This document shows, piece after piece, positions 10,822-21,383 of a stretch of 64,000 nt of DNA. The notes under the pieces are model-generated. The model saw only the letters and a list, made by a program, of their open reading frames with translations, searched no databases and was not told the origin of the DNA. The position numbers and the translations under genes were made by a program. The stretch comes from Armatimonadota bacterium (GTDB taxonomy: Bacteria; Armatimonadota; Fimbriimonadia; Fimbriimonadales; GBS-DC), in NCBI GenBank assembly GCA_037445735.1, contig JBBIJY010000008.1, positions 1 to 64,000 on the forward strand, in the 5' to 3' direction. Every line of letters begins with the position of its first letter. The first letter of the stretch is position 1.

Positions 10822-11376
10822 ATGAGACAGAAAAGTAAAGAGCGGATCAATCCCGATTTACTGAACCTGCATGTGGAGCGTGTGGTCTACACGAACCGCG
10901 TCTCCAAGACGCACAAGGGCGGGCGCACGCTCAGCTTTCAGGTGATGGTGGTGGTGGGCGACACGGACGGGCATGTGGGCGTGGGGCTGGGCAAGGCGCG
11001 ACAGGTGCCCGACGCCATCCGCAAAGCCATCGAGGCTGCCCGCAAAAGCCTGGTGTATGTGCCCCGAATCGGCACCACCATCCCGCACGAGGTGACGGTG
11101 GAGTTCGGTGCCACTCGCCTTGTGCTGAAACCCGCTTCGCCGGGCACGGGCATCGTGGCGGGCAGCACCGTACGCGCCCTGCTCGAAGCCGCGGGCGTCA
11201 CCGATGTGCTGGCGAAGCTCGTCGGCTCGCGCAACCCCATTAATGCCGCTTATGCCACCATCAGGGCGTTCCAGCAGCTGCGCACGCCCGAACAGGTCGC
11301 TCAGTCCCGCAACATGCACCTGCGCACGCTCACGCCCTGGTATGTACGCAAGTTCAAGGAGGTGGCTGCCGAATGA
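10822..11376 (+). CDS. rpsE: 30S ribosomal protein S5
   Basis: NRVSKTHKGGR, VVVGD, LKPASPGTGIVAG, GSRNPIN. Confidence 0.98.
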   Translation: MRQKSKERINPDLLNLHVERVVYTNRVSKTHKGGRTLSFQVMVVVGDTDGHVGVGLGKARQVPDAIRKAIEAARKSLVYVPRIGTTIPHEVTVEFGATRLVLKPASPGTGIVAGSTVRALLEAAGVTDVLAKLVGSRNPINAAYATIRAFQQLRTPEQVAQSRNMHLRTLTPWYVRKFKEVAAE

Positions 11377-11642
11377 GCAGGCTCAAAATCACGCTGATCC
11401 GCAGCCCCATCGGGCACAACGAGACCCAGAAGCGCACCGTGCGCGCGCTGGGGCTTCGGCGGCTCCACCAGACCGTCTACCAGCCTGATAACCCCTCCAT
11501 TCGCGGCATGATCGCCCGCATCCCGCACCTGCTGATGGTGGAGGTGATTGAGGAGCCGCAGCCGAAGCCCAAACGCGCTCGCACGCGCAAAACCAGTGAA
11601 AGTCCAGCCGCTGAATCGGCGGCAGAGGAGGTTTCGCCATGA
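11373..11642 (+). CDS. rpmD: 50S ribosomal protein L30 with C-terminal extension
   Basis: [25 protein letters not shown]. Confidence 0.96.
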   Translation: MSRLKITLIRSPIGHNETQKRTVRALGLRRLHQTVYQPDNPSIRGMIARIPHLLMVEVIEEPQPKPKRARTRKTSESPAAESAAEEVSP

Positions 11643-12088
11643 TACAGTTGCACGATTTGAAGCCTGTACCAGGTAGCAAGAAGCGTCGCAAGCGTGTGGG
11701 GCGCGGCATCGGCTCCGGGCACGGCAAGACCGCCGGGCGCGGCACCAAAGGGCAAAAGGCGCGCGACACCATCCCGCCCCGCTTCGAAGGCGGTCAAACG
11801 CCCATCCATCGCCGACTGCCTGTGCGAGTCGGCTTCAAAAACATCAATCGCACCGAGTACGCGATTGTGAATGTGGGCACGCTGGCAGCGCGATTTGAGC
11901 CGAACGCCGAAATCACGCCCGGACTGCTCCTGAAGAAGCGGATCATCCGCAAACTCAAAGACGGGCTGAAAGTGCTGGGCGAGGGCGAGATTAACTTCCC
12001 CATCACGGTGCGGGCACACGCCATCAGCCAGTCCGCCCGCGCCAAAATCGAAGCGGCGGGCGGGCAGGTCATCCTGCTGGAGGAATAG
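11639..12088 (+). CDS. rplO: 50S ribosomal protein L15
   Basis: [38 protein letters not shown]. Confidence 0.98.
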   Translation: MIQLHDLKPVPGSKKRRKRVGRGIGSGHGKTAGRGTKGQKARDTIPPRFEGGQTPIHRRLPVRVGFKNINRTEYAIVNVGTLAARFEPNAEITPGLLLKKRIIRKLKDGLKVLGEGEINFPITVRAHAISQSARAKIEAAGGQVILLEE

Positions 12089-12091
12089 AGC

Positions 12092-13396
12092 ATGCTCAGC
12101 ACCAACTTCGTCTCGGCGCTGCAGAGCGCGTGGAAACTGCCCGACCTGCGGGCACGCATCCTGTTCGTGTTCGCGATGTTCACCGTGTACGCCGTCGGGC
12201 TGCATATCCCCGTGCCTGGCGTCGATAGAGAACAACTGGCTCGGATTTTCCAGAATCAGGAGTTGCTACAATTTCTGAACATCTTTACGGGGGGCGCGCT
12301 GCGCCGCCTGACCATCCTCGCACTGGGGCTGAACCCCTACATCACCGCCTCGATCATCATGCAGATTTTTTCCTATGCGGACCCGCGCATGCGGGAGGAG
12401 ATGCGCGAGGAAGCGGGACGCCGCAAAATGCAGCAGCGCACCCGCCTGCTCACCATCCTGATTGCATTCATTCAGGCAATTGGCTTCCTGTCCACTTTCC
12501 GCTCGGCTGGCGTGCTGGAGGTTTCCGGTGTGCAGATGGCGCAGGTCATCATCGCATGGGTGGCGGGCGCGATGTTCCTGCTATGGCTTGGCGAGCAGAT
12601 CAACGAGAAGGGGCTGGGCAACGGCATCTCGCTGATGATCTTCGCCAGCATCGTCGCCAGCATGCCCTATCAGGTGTCGCGCACCTATGAGCTGGTGGTG
12701 AATGGCACCGTGACGATGTTCCAGGTGCTGCTGCTGCTGGCGATTTTTGTGGGCACGGTGTGGGGTGTTATCTATGTGACGATGTCGCAGCGGCGCATTC
12801 CGATTCAGCACATGCGGCGCATCATCGGGCGGCGGCAGACGGTCGGCGGCACCTCCTATCTGCCCATCCCCGTGAACGCGGCGGGCGTGATCCCCATCAT
12901 CTTCGCCGTCTCGCTGCAACTGCTGCCCGCGACCATCCTGCAGATGCTGCCATACGACCGCGCGAACCCGCCCACATGGGCAATCTGGGTCAACAGCATC
13001 CTCACCATCCTGACGCCCGGCGGAGGCGTATGGGGGTCGCTCATCTATGCGTTCCTGATTTTCATCTTCACCTACTTCTATGTGGCGGTTGTATTCAACA
13101 CCGACGAGATTGCGGAGAACCTGAAGCGGCAGGGGGCGTTCATTCAGGGCGTGCGCCCGGGCAAGCCGACCGCCGACTACCTCAACGATGTGCTGACGCG
13201 CATCACGGTGGCGGGCGCACTGTTCCTCGCCATCGTCGCCCTGCTGCAATACTGGGTTCCCGACCTGACCCGTATCCAGACGCTGACGATTGTGGGCGGC
13301 ACCTCGGTGCTGATTCTGGTCGGCGTCGCTATCGACTTCGCTCGCCAGTTGCAGGCGCAGCTGGCGATGCGCCAGTATGAAGACTTCCTGAAATGA
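12092..13396 (+). CDS. secY: Preprotein translocase subunit SecY
   Basis: HIPVPGV, LGLNPYITASII, GLGNGISL, GVIPIIFA, GVRPGKPT, GGTSVLI; multi-TM. Confidence 0.98.
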   Translation: MLSTNFVSALQSAWKLPDLRARILFVFAMFTVYAVGLHIPVPGVDREQLARIFQNQELLQFLNIFTGGALRRLTILALGLNPYITASIIMQIFSYADPRMREEMREEAGRRKMQQRTRLLTILIAFIQAIGFLSTFRSAGVLEVSGVQMAQVIIAWVAGAMFLLWLGEQINEKGLGNGISLMIFASIVASMPYQVSRTYELVVNGTVTMFQVLLLLAIFVGTVWGVIYVTMSQRRIPIQHMRRIIGRRQTVGGTSYLPIPVNAAGVIPIIFAVSLQLLPATILQMLPYDRANPPTWAIWVNSILTILTPGGGVWGSLIYAFLIFIFTYFYVAVVFNTDEIAENLKRQGAFIQGVRPGKPTADYLNDVLTRITVAGALFLAIVALLQYWVPDLTRIQTLTIVGGTSVLILVGVAIDFARQLQAQLAMRQYEDFLK

Positions 13397-14040
13397 GGCT
13401 CGTTCTGCTGGGACCACCGGGCATCGGCAAGGGCACGCAGGCGAAACGGCTGCAGCAGCACTATGGCTGGCCGGTGATTGCCACTGGCGACCTGCTGCGC
13501 GAGGCGATTGCCCGGCGCACACCGCTGGGCGAGCAGGCGCACGCCTATGTGTCGCGCGGCGAACTCGTGCCCGACGAACTGGTCAACCAGATTGTGTTTG
13601 AGCGGTTGCGCACGCTGGACGATTTCGTGCTGGATGGCTACCCGCGCAATCTGGCGCAGGCACAGGTGCTGGACGAGTTCCTGCAGGGTCAGAACCGCCC
13701 GCTTGACGCAGTGCTGGCGTTCGAGCTGGATGACGAGCGCATCGTGGAGCGGTTGAGCGGTCGGCGCGTCTGCCCGAACTGCGGCGCCATCTATCATATT
13801 GTGAGCCATCCGAGTCGTGCGGGCGACCGCTGCGAGCGGTGCGAGACGACGCTGATCACGCGCGAGGACGACCAGCCCGACACCATCCGCCGCCGCCTGC
13901 AGGTCTATCGTCAGCAGACCGAGCCGCTGATTGCCTACTATCGCGAGCGCGGCTTGCTGCGTTCGGTGGATGCCAGCGGCGACCCCGACACTGTGTACCA
14001 GCAGGTCTTGCAGGCACTGCAAGCAATGATAGCCCCATGA
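13393..14040 (+). CDS. adk: Adenylate kinase with Cys4 zinc-type LID
   Basis: GPPGIGKGTQ, GDLLR, LDGYPR, CPNC...CERC, REDD. Confidence 0.97.
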   Translation: MRLVLLGPPGIGKGTQAKRLQQHYGWPVIATGDLLREAIARRTPLGEQAHAYVSRGELVPDELVNQIVFERLRTLDDFVLDGYPRNLAQAQVLDEFLQGQNRPLDAVLAFELDDERIVERLSGRRVCPNCGAIYHIVSHPSRAGDRCERCETTLITREDDQPDTIRRRLQVYRQQTEPLIAYYRERGLLRSVDASGDPDTVYQQVLQALQAMIAP

Positions 14041-14795
14041 GGTATCTGCACCCGATTAAATCCGCTGACGAGATTGCCCGCATTCGCAAGGCGGGTCGCA
14101 TCCTTGCGCGGGTGCTGAAAGCCTGCGCGGAAGCCATCGAGCCGAACCGCACGACAGGCGCGGAACTGAACGCGCTCGCCGAGCGGCTCGTGCTGGAGAT
14201 GGGCGGCTTCCCCGCCTTCAAAGGCTATCGTCTCTACCCCGCTGCGCTCTGCGTCTCCTTCAATGAGGTCGTTGTGCATGGCATTCCTGACCAGCGCGTT
14301 CTGCGTGAGGGCGACCTTGTGAGCCTCGATATGGGCGTATTCTATGAGGGCTACTGTGCCGATGCCGCGCTCACCGTCGCTGTTGGGCGCGTGGACTATC
14401 CGCGCAAACGGCTGGTTCGCGCCACCGAAGAGGCGTTCTATGAGGCGCTGAAGGTCGCCCGCGCGGGCAACACCACCGGCGATATTGGCGCCGCGGTGCA
14501 GCGCTATGTGGAGCAGTTCGGCTTCCAGCCGGCGCACGGGCTGGCAGGGCACGGCGTCGGGCGCGCCGTGCATGAGCCGCCCGAAGTGCCCAACGCTGGC
14601 GAGCCTGGCAGCGGCGTGCGCCTGCAACCCGGTATGGTCATCGCCATCGAACCGATGATTGTGATGGGCGCGCCCGATGTGGAGGTTGCGGACGACGGCT
14701 GGGCGATCCGTACCGCCGACCGCCAGCCCGCCGCCCACTACGAACACACCGTCGTCATCACCGCCGATGGAGCCGATATTCTTACGGTGGAGTAA
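14037..14795 (+). CDS. map: Methionine aminopeptidase type I
   Basis: PAFKGY, NEVVVHGIP, DMG..D, GHGVG..HE, AIEPM, AHYEHT; ATG at 14037 overlaps the adk stop. Confidence 0.97.
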   Translation: MRYLHPIKSADEIARIRKAGRILARVLKACAEAIEPNRTTGAELNALAERLVLEMGGFPAFKGYRLYPAALCVSFNEVVVHGIPDQRVLREGDLVSLDMGVFYEGYCADAALTVAVGRVDYPRKRLVRATEEAFYEALKVARAGNTTGDIGAAVQRYVEQFGFQPAHGLAGHGVGRAVHEPPEVPNAGEPGSGVRLQPGMVIAIEPMIVMGAPDVEVADDGWAIRTADRQPAAHYEHTVVITADGADILTVE

Positions 14796-14820
14796 AATAT
14801 ATTAATGAGGAGGTGATGCG

Positions 14821-15045
14821 ATGGCGAAGGTCGAAGGCAAGGAGATCGAGGTCGAGGGCACCGTGGTCGAATGCCTGCCCAACACCATGTTCCGGGTGGA
14901 GCTGGAGAACGGGCATCAGGTGCTGGCGCACCTGTCGGGCAAGATGCGCATCCATTTCATTCGCATCCTGCCCGGCGATCGCGTGAAGGTCGCGCTCTCG
15001 CCCTATGATCTGACGCGCGGGCGGATCGTCTATCGGTACAAATAG
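14821..15045 (+). CDS. infA: Translation initiation factor IF-1
   Basis: [28 protein letters not shown]. Confidence 0.98.
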   Translation: MAKVEGKEIEVEGTVVECLPNTMFRVELENGHQVLAHLSGKMRIHFIRILPGDRVKVALSPYDLTRGRIVYRYK

Positions 15046-15065
15046 GGCTTGCATCGCATCGATGG

Positions 15066-15073
15066 GGTATAAT
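15066..15073 (+). promoter_or_regulatory. Putative promoter -10 (GGTATAAT) for the rpmJ-rpsM-alpha operon
   Basis: TATAAT at 15068-15073 in the infA-rpmJ gap, followed by a hairpin at 15082-15111. Confidence 0.6.
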
Positions 15074-15128
15074 AGGCGTTCGCGTGTGGCAGCGTTCGCG
15101 CCTGCCCACGCATGTTGAGGTGAGACCC

Positions 15129-15242
15129 ATGAAAGTACGGGCATCGGTGAAGCGGATGTGCGCCAAGTGCAAAATCATTCGGCGTCGCGGGGTCGTGCGG
15201 GTCATCTGCACGAACCCGAAACATAAACAGCGACAGGGATAG
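15129..15242 (+). CDS. rpmJ: 50S ribosomal protein L36 (not in ORF track, <60 aa)
   Basis: Manual translation [45 protein letters not shown] upstream. Confidence 0.97.
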   Translation: MKVRASVKRMCAKCKIIRRRGVVRVICTNPKHKQRQG

Positions 15243-15251
15243 GAGGCAAGT

Positions 15252-15635
15252 ATGGCACGAATCGCCGGCGTGGACCTGCCACGCGATCGGAAAATCGAGT
15301 ACGCGCTGCCAGTCATCTATGGCATCGGGCTGAGTACCGCCCGCAAAATCTTGCAAAAAACGGGCGTCGACCCGAACAAGCGCGTGCAGGAGTTGACCGA
15401 AGAGGAGGTCGCCCGACTGCGCGACGAGATTGAGCGCAACTACACCATCGAGGGCGACCTGCGCCGCCAGCAACAGATGAACATTCGGCGGCTGATCGAA
15501 ATCGGCTGCTATCGCGGGCTGCGCCATCGACGCGGGCTGCCCGTGCGCGGACAACGCACCCGCACCAACGCCCGCACCCGCAAGGGTCCCAAGAAGACCG
15601 TCAGCACCGGTCGACGCCGCAAAGCCAAGAAATAA
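15252..15635 (+). CDS. rpsM: 30S ribosomal protein S13
   Basis: [36 protein letters not shown]. Confidence 0.99.
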   Translation: MARIAGVDLPRDRKIEYALPVIYGIGLSTARKILQKTGVDPNKRVQELTEEEVARLRDEIERNYTIEGDLRRQQQMNIRRLIEIGCYRGLRHRRGLPVRGQRTRTNARTRKGPKKTVSTGRRRKAKK

Positions 15636-15651
15636 ATAAGAGGGAGCGACT

Positions 15652-16047
15652 ATGGCACGCAAAGCACGAGCCGGAGTGGCACAGAAACGGGAGCGCAAAA
15701 ACATCACGCACGGCGTCGCCCATATCCAGGCGACCTTCAACAACACGATTGTCACCATCACCGATGTTAAGGGCAACGCCATCGCGTGGGCAAGCGGTGG
15801 CACGGTGGGCTTCAAGGGAACCAAGAAGGGCACGCCCTTCGCCGCGCAACTGGCAGCGGAGCGCGCTGCCCGCGCCGCGATGGAACACGGCGTGCGTAAG
15901 GTCGATGTGATGGTCAAGGGACCCGGTCCGGGGCGCGAGACAGCTATCCGCTCGTTGCAAGCCGCCGGGCTGGAGATCCTCTCCATCAAAGATGTGACGC
16001 CTATTCCGCACAACGGCTGCCGCCCGCCCAAACGGCGCCGCGTATAA
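15652..16047 (+). CDS. rpsK: 30S ribosomal protein S11
   Basis: [40 protein letters not shown]. Confidence 0.99.
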   Translation: MARKARAGVAQKRERKNITHGVAHIQATFNNTIVTITDVKGNAIAWASGGTVGFKGTKKGTPFAAQLAAERAARAAMEHGVRKVDVMVKGPGPGRETAIRSLQAAGLEILSIKDVTPIPHNGCRPPKRRRV

Positions 16048-16065
16048 GCAAGGAGGAAACCTGTT

Positions 16066-16698
16066 ATGTCGGTTATCTGGGAAGCGAAATGCAAGCTGTG
16101 TCGTCGCGCAGGGGTCAAGCTCTTTTTGAAGGGCGACCGCTGCTACACCAGAAAGTGCGCCCTCGAACGGCGCAACTTCCCGCCCGGTCAGCACGGACCC
16201 CGCACGCGCGACCGCAAATTGAGCGAATACGGCGAGCAGCTGCGCGAGAAGCAGAAACTGCGCCAGATTTACCAGCTGCGCGAGGCGCAGTTCCATCGCT
16301 ATGTGGAAGAAGCCCAGCGCCAGCGCGGTGTCACGGGCGAGGTGCTCCTGCGCCAGCTGGAGATGCGCCTCGACAATGTGGTCTACCGGCTCGGGTTCGC
16401 CACCTCCCGCGGGCAAGCCCGCCAGATGGTCAGCCACCGCTTCATCACCGTCAACGGGCGCAGGGTCAACATCCCCTCCTATCAGGTGCGCCCCGGCGAT
16501 GTGATTGCCCTGCATGAGTCGAAGCGCGACACGGTGCTGGGCAAGCAGGCGCTCGCCCGCGCCGCCGAGACCAACCCGCCCGCATGGCTGCGCTATGACC
16601 CCGAAACCCAGCAGGGCGTCGTCGTGCAACCACCCGAACGCGAACAGGTCGACACCAACGTCGATTTGCAGAAGATTATCGAGTTCTACAGCCGATAA
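16066..16698 (+). CDS. rpsD: 30S ribosomal protein S4 (zinc-binding type)
   Basis: CKLCRR..LFLKG.RC...[29 protein letters not shown]. Confidence 0.98.
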   Translation: MSVIWEAKCKLCRRAGVKLFLKGDRCYTRKCALERRNFPPGQHGPRTRDRKLSEYGEQLREKQKLRQIYQLREAQFHRYVEEAQRQRGVTGEVLLRQLEMRLDNVVYRLGFATSRGQARQMVSHRFITVNGRRVNIPSYQVRPGDVIALHESKRDTVLGKQALARAAETNPPAWLRYDPETQQGVVVQPPEREQVDTNVDLQKIIEFYSR

Positions 16699-16711
16699 GG
16701 AGGCAAACGCT

Positions 16712-17683
16712 ATGGTTCGAGAGATGGTCCAGCCACAGGTGCGGGTCATTCGGGCGGATGACGCCTACGGCAAGTTCGAAGTGGAGCCGCTGGAGCAGGG
16801 CTACGGCACCACGCTGGGGAACGCCCTGCGGCGCGTGCTGCTGTCCTCCATCGAAGGCGCCGCCATCACCGGCGTGCGCATCGAAGGCGTGCTGCACGAG
16901 TTCGACACCATCCCCGGCATGAAAGAGGATGTGCTGCAGTTCCTGCTCAACCTCAAAAATGTCGCCCTGCGCGTCAACAGCCTGCACCCGCTGAGCCACT
17001 ACACCCTGCGCCTGAATGTGCAGGGACCCGGGCGCGTGCATGCTGCCGACATCCAGTGCCCCGCCGATATCGAGATTGTGAACCCCGAGCTCTATCTGGC
17101 GACGCTGAGCGATGTGGGCGCCTCGATTAACGCCGAGATTCTGGTGGAGATGGGGCGCGGCTTCGTGCCTGCCATCAAGCGCGAGCGCGAACGCGGGCAA
17201 ATCGGCTTGATCCGCCTGAATGCCCTGTTCAACCCTGTGCGCAAGGTGAACTTCCTGGTGGAGCAGACGCTGGTCGGCGAGCGCACCGACTACGACCGCC
17301 TGATTCTGGAGGTGTGGACGAACGGCGCGATGCACCCCGTCGAAGCCGTTCAACGCGCCGCGCAAATCCTGCGCGACCAGTTCGAACTGCTCACCAGCAT
17401 CAGCATGGATGAACTGCCCACCGAGATTGCCGTCTCCGCCCCCGAGATCAGCTCATTCGGCGTGCCCGACCGACCGCTGGAAGAGATAGGGCTGTCCACC
17501 CGCATCATTAATGCGCTGCGCTCTGCCAACATCACCACGCTGCACCAGCTGCTCGACCGCACGCGCGAGCAGCTGAGTGAGGTGCGCAACCTGGGAGATA
17601 AAGCCCTCAGGGAACTGGAGGAGCGCCTGCAGGCGATGGGGCTGGAACTGCGTAAGGAAGGAAGGAGGCGAAAAACACGATGA
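16712..17683 (+). CDS. rpoA: RNA polymerase alpha subunit
   Basis: [43 protein letters not shown], alpha-CTD NLGDK; start 16712 after AGGAGG. Confidence 0.98.
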   Translation: MVREMVQPQVRVIRADDAYGKFEVEPLEQGYGTTLGNALRRVLLSSIEGAAITGVRIEGVLHEFDTIPGMKEDVLQFLLNLKNVALRVNSLHPLSHYTLRLNVQGPGRVHAADIQCPADIEIVNPELYLATLSDVGASINAEILVEMGRGFVPAIKRERERGQIGLIRLNALFNPVRKVNFLVEQTLVGERTDYDRLILEVWTNGAMHPVEAVQRAAQILRDQFELLTSISMDELPTEIAVSAPEISSFGVPDRPLEEIGLSTRIINALRSANITTLHQLLDRTREQLSEVRNLGDKALRELEERLQAMGLELRKEGRRRKTR

Positions 17684-18033
17684 ACCACGGCGCTGGCTAC
17701 CGAAAGCTGGGACGCGCGAGCGACCATCGCCGCGCAATGCTGCGGAACCTGGTGCGCTCCCTGCTGATTAACGAGCGCATCGTGACCACGGTGCCGCGGG
17801 CAAAGGAGGCACGACGGCTCGCCGAACGCATGATCACGCTGGCAAAACAGAACAGCCTGCACGCACGGCGCCAGGCACGACGGTTCCTCAACGACGAAAG
17901 CCTGGTCAAGCACCTGTTCGATAATATCGGTCCGCGCTATCGCGACCGCAACGGCGGCTACACGCGCATCGTGCGAATCGGCGTCCGACGCGGCGATGCT
18001 GCCGAGACCGCCGTGCTGGAGCTGGTCGAGTAG
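17680..18033 (+). CDS. rplQ: 50S ribosomal protein L17
   Basis: [28 protein letters not shown]. Confidence 0.98.
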   Translation: MNHGAGYRKLGRASDHRRAMLRNLVRSLLINERIVTTVPRAKEARRLAERMITLAKQNSLHARRQARRFLNDESLVKHLFDNIGPRYRDRNGGYTRIVRIGVRRGDAAETAVLELVE

Positions 18034-18762
18034 ATGCGCAACCTGCGACTGCTCGTGGAGTATGACGGCACCGACTTTCACGGTTTCGCCCGCCAGAAAG
18101 ATGCCCGTACCGTGCAGGGCGTGCTGGAGGCTGCCCTGCAGGCGCTTCTGAAGGAGCCTGTGCAGGTGATTGGCGCGAGCCGCACCGACGCAGGCGTGCA
18201 TGCGCGCGGGCAGGTGGTCAATTTCTTCACCAGCCGTCCTATACCTGCCGAGCGACTCGTGCCTGCGCTCAATCGGCGGCTGCCGCCCGATCTGAAGGTG
18301 CTTCGCGCATCGGAGGCGTCGCCGGAATTCCACGCCCGCCATTCCGCCCGCAGCCGTCTCTATCGCTATACGCTCTACACGCGCCCGCACCCGTCCGTGT
18401 GGCGCATCCGCTACGCCTATCACTACCCCTATCCGCTGGACACCGAACGGATGCAGCAGGCGTTGCAGCGGCTGGAAGGCACGCACGACTTCCGCGCCTT
18501 CAGCATCAAAACGCCCGATGAGCAGACGACCGTCCGCACACTCTATCGCACCGCCGTGCGACGCGCGCGCGACAGCATCCAGATCGAGCTGGAAGGCAGC
18601 GGCTTCCTGCGGGGCATGGTGCGCCTGATTGTGGGGAGCCTGCTGATGGTTGGGCGCGGACGCCTGCACCCCGACGCGCTCCACGAACGCCTGCAAAGCG
18701 GACGGCGCGTCACCACGATGGCACCCCCGCAGGGACTGTGCCTGATTCGGGTAAAATACTGA
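18034..18762 (+). CDS. truA: tRNA pseudouridine(38-40) synthase
   Basis: YDGTDFHG, SRTDAGVHA, GTHDFRAF, FLRGMVR, APPQGL. Confidence 0.97.
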   Translation: MRNLRLLVEYDGTDFHGFARQKDARTVQGVLEAALQALLKEPVQVIGASRTDAGVHARGQVVNFFTSRPIPAERLVPALNRRLPPDLKVLRASEASPEFHARHSARSRLYRYTLYTRPHPSVWRIRYAYHYPYPLDTERMQQALQRLEGTHDFRAFSIKTPDEQTTVRTLYRTAVRRARDSIQIELEGSGFLRGMVRLIVGSLLMVGRGRLHPDALHERLQSGRRVTTMAPPQGLCLIRVKY

Positions 18763-18788
18763 CTCGGTTCGCAACGAAGGAGGCAACG

Positions 18789-19220
18789 ATGAGACAGCGT
18801 ACATACACGGCGAAACCAGAGGAGATCACCCGCACATGGTGGGTCGTGGACGCAGCGGGCAAACCCGCCGGGCGGCTCGCCGCCCAGGTCGCACGCCTGC
18901 TGCAGGGCAAACACAAGCCCATCTACACCCCCCACATGGATGTGGGCGACCATGTGATTATTCTGAACGCTGAAAAAGTGGTCTTCACAGGCAGAAAGTG
19001 GCAGGAGATGCTCTACCATCACACGATGTATCCGGGCGGTCTGCGAGCCTACACGCGCAAACAGCTATTTGAGAAAAGCCCGGAGGCGCTGCTGGAGCGG
19101 GTCATCAGCGGCATGCTGCCCAAGAACAAACTGCGCGACCGCATGCTGAAGCGTCTGCGCATCTATCGGGGCGCGGAGCATCCCCACGCCGCCCAGCAGC
19201 CGCAACCGTATGAACTCTGA
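18789..19220 (+). CDS. rplM: 50S ribosomal protein L13
   Basis: WWVVDA, GKHKPIYTPHMDVGD, GMLPKN, HPHAAQQP; start 18789 after AGGAGG. Confidence 0.98.
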   Translation: MRQRTYTAKPEEITRTWWVVDAAGKPAGRLAAQVARLLQGKHKPIYTPHMDVGDHVIILNAEKVVFTGRKWQEMLYHHTMYPGGLRAYTRKQLFEKSPEALLERVISGMLPKNKLRDRMLKRLRIYRGAEHPHAAQQPQPYEL

Positions 19221-19238
19221 GCGAGGTGAACACAGACG

Positions 19239-19634
19239 ATGGCGGAACAGGTTCGTTATTATGGCACGGGGCGTCGGAAGACCGCATCGGCGCGTGTGTG
19301 GCTGATGCCCGGCACCGGCAGGATCGTGATTAACGGGCGTGAGGCGCCCGATTACCTGCGACGGCTGACCCTTCAGCGGATCGTTCAGCAGCCGTTGCGC
19401 CTGCTGGGGCTGGAAGGGCAATACGATGTGATGGCGACCGTGCGTGGGGGCGGGCTGTCGGGTCAGGCAGGCGCGATCCGGCTGGGCATCGCCCGCGCCC
19501 TGCTGCAGGTCAACCCCGAATTTCGTCCCGTTCTCAAGCAGAACGGCTTGCTTACCCGCGACGCCCGCGAGAAGGAGCGCAAGAAGTACGGACGACACGG
19601 CGCCCGACGCGGGTTCCAGTATGTCAAGCGGTAG
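19239..19634 (+). CDS. rpsI: 30S ribosomal protein S9
   Basis: [38 protein letters not shown]. Confidence 0.98.
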   Translation: MAEQVRYYGTGRRKTASARVWLMPGTGRIVINGREAPDYLRRLTLQRIVQQPLRLLGLEGQYDVMATVRGGGLSGQAGAIRLGIARALLQVNPEFRPVLKQNGLLTRDAREKERKKYGRHGARRGFQYVKR

Positions 19635-20900
19635 ATGCGCCTTCTGTTAGTTGGCGGCGGCGGACGCGAACACGCGCTCGCATGGAAACTGGCTCAAAGT
19701 CAGAGCTGCGAGCGGCTGTTCGTTGCGCCCGGCAACGTGGGCATCGCCGCCATCGCCGAGTGCATCCCCATCCCGCCTGGGGACATCCCCGCGCTGGTGC
19801 GATTCGCCCGCGAGCAACGCATCGATCTGGTGGTGGTCGGTCCCGAATCGCCGCTGATTGCGGGGCTTGCGGACGCCCTGCAGGAGAGTGGCATCCCCTG
19901 CTTCGGTCCTTCACGCGCCGCTGCCCGACTGGAAGGCAGCAAGGCGTTCGCCAAACAGCTCATGGCGGAACTGGGCGTGCCCACCGCGCCGTTCCGCGCC
20001 TTCGACGACCCCGCCGAAGCCCGGCGCTACCTGCAGGAACGCTTCGCCTATCAGAAATGCGTGGTCAAGGCGGATGGCGAGGCGCTGGGCAAGGGCGCGT
20101 TCGTGTGTGAGACGCTTCAGGACGCGCTGGATGCGGTGGAGTTCCTGATGGAGCAGCGCGGGCTGGGCGAGGCGGGGGCGCGCGTGGTCATCGAAGACCG
20201 CCTGTACGGGCGCGAACTGTCGCTGCTCTGCTTCACCGACGGTCAGGCGGTGTGCCCGATGCCGCCCGTGCGCGACTACAAACGCGCCTTCGACGGCGAT
20301 CGGGGTCCGAACACGGGCGGGATGGGCTGCTTCACGCCCGTGCCCGACGCCACGCCCGCCCTGCTGGAGCAAGCCGTTCAGCAGATTGTTCAGCCCGTCG
20401 TGCGGGCGCTCGCCGGGCGCGGCACGCCCTATCGGGGCGTCCTCTACGCAGGATTAATGATTGTCAACGAACAGCCCTGCACGCTGGAGTTCAACTGTCG
20501 CTTTGGCGACCCCGAAGCGCAGGTGCTGCTGCCCCTGCTCCAGACCGATCTGGTGGCGATTGCGCAGGCGGTGGTGGCGGGCAGGCTGGGCGAGCTGCGC
20601 GTGGCGTTTGATGCCCGCGCGGCGGTATGCGTCGTGCTGACATCGGGCGGCTACCCGGGCGACTACCGCACCGGTCTGCCCATCGAGGGGCTGGAGCGCG
20701 CCCAGCAGATGCCCGATGTGCTGATTTTCCACGCGGGCACGCGCCTGCAGGAGGGGCGCATCGTCACCAGCGGCGGGCGCGTGCTGAATGTGGTCGGGCT
20801 GGGCGACACCCTCCCCGAAGCCCGCCAGAACGCCTACCGCGCTGTCGAACAAATCCACTTCGACGGCATGCACTTCCGCACCGACATCGGTTCAACCTGA
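19635..20900 (+). CDS. purD: Phosphoribosylamine--glycine ligase
   Basis: GGGGREHALAW, LEGSKAFAK, DYKRAFDGDRGPNTGGMG, EFNCRFGDPE, HAGT, GGRVL. Confidence 0.97.
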   Translation: MRLLLVGGGGREHALAWKLAQSQSCERLFVAPGNVGIAAIAECIPIPPGDIPALVRFAREQRIDLVVVGPESPLIAGLADALQESGIPCFGPSRAAARLEGSKAFAKQLMAELGVPTAPFRAFDDPAEARRYLQERFAYQKCVVKADGEALGKGAFVCETLQDALDAVEFLMEQRGLGEAGARVVIEDRLYGRELSLLCFTDGQAVCPMPPVRDYKRAFDGDRGPNTGGMGCFTPVPDATPALLEQAVQQIVQPVVRALAGRGTPYRGVLYAGLMIVNEQPCTLEFNCRFGDPEAQVLLPLLQTDLVAIAQAVVAGRLGELRVAFDARAAVCVVLTSGGYPGDYRTGLPIEGLERAQQMPDVLIFHAGTRLQEGRIVTSGGRVLNVVGLGDTLPEARQNAYRAVEQIHFDGMHFRTDIGST

Positions 20901-21008
20901 ACCCTCAAAGGGACGGGTTCAGAAAGCGAGGGAACCCGACTCCCGAATCGGATTTCCAGCCTCTCGCTCTCTGAGGGCGTTCGAAAAATCCAACCAGAGG
21001 CAAGACTG

Positions 21009-21315
21009 CCCCTCACCCCGACCCTCTCCCCAGGCTTGTTAGCCCCCCTCACCCGTACCCTCTCCCCCGCAGGCGGGGGAGAGGGGGTTTTGTTCCTCCC
21101 TCTCCCCTGTGTCCCCTCTTCCGCAGCTTCGGGCGCGGGGGATTTTGCATGCGCGCGTCGCTCCCCTCTCCCACAGCGTGGGAGAGGGGTAGGGGTGAGG
21201 GGTTTTCTACCAGCGTGAGCCGTTTAGCCCCCTCACCCCAACCCTCTCCCCCAAAGGGGGAGAGGGATTCGGAATCCCCTCTCCCACAGCGTGGGAGAGG
21301 GGCTGGGGGTGAGGG
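21009..21315. repeat. Intergenic array of CCCTC-type palindromic repeats (BIME-like), purD-smc
   Basis: Several units CCCTCACCC..CCCTCTCCC-loop-GGGAGAGGG in alternating orientation. Confidence 0.9.
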
Positions 21316-21383
21316 CAACTTATCCCCCAGATTGCAGGAAACGCGCCGGTAGGCGCGAAACTCCCTGTCAGGACACCAGAACG

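Noticed and set aside
70-19598. Long antisense ORFs over the ribosomal operon (e.g. 70-1302, 7900-9264, 9353-10591, 17350-18804)
   Set aside because: Shadow ORFs expected in GC-rich DNA opposite well-conserved genes; no motifs.
21009-21315. Repeat arrays as a CRISPR array
   Set aside because: Units alternate in orientation, vary in sequence, have irregular short spacers and are dispersed. No cas genes are in the window.
21291-21383. Upstream extensions in the ORF track for smc (also rpoA, map, rplM, acpP, recR, metG, vapC, aroF, lptF/G-like)
   Set aside because: Homology begins at downstream starts that have SD, coupling or promoter support; the extensions overlap neighbours or repeats.
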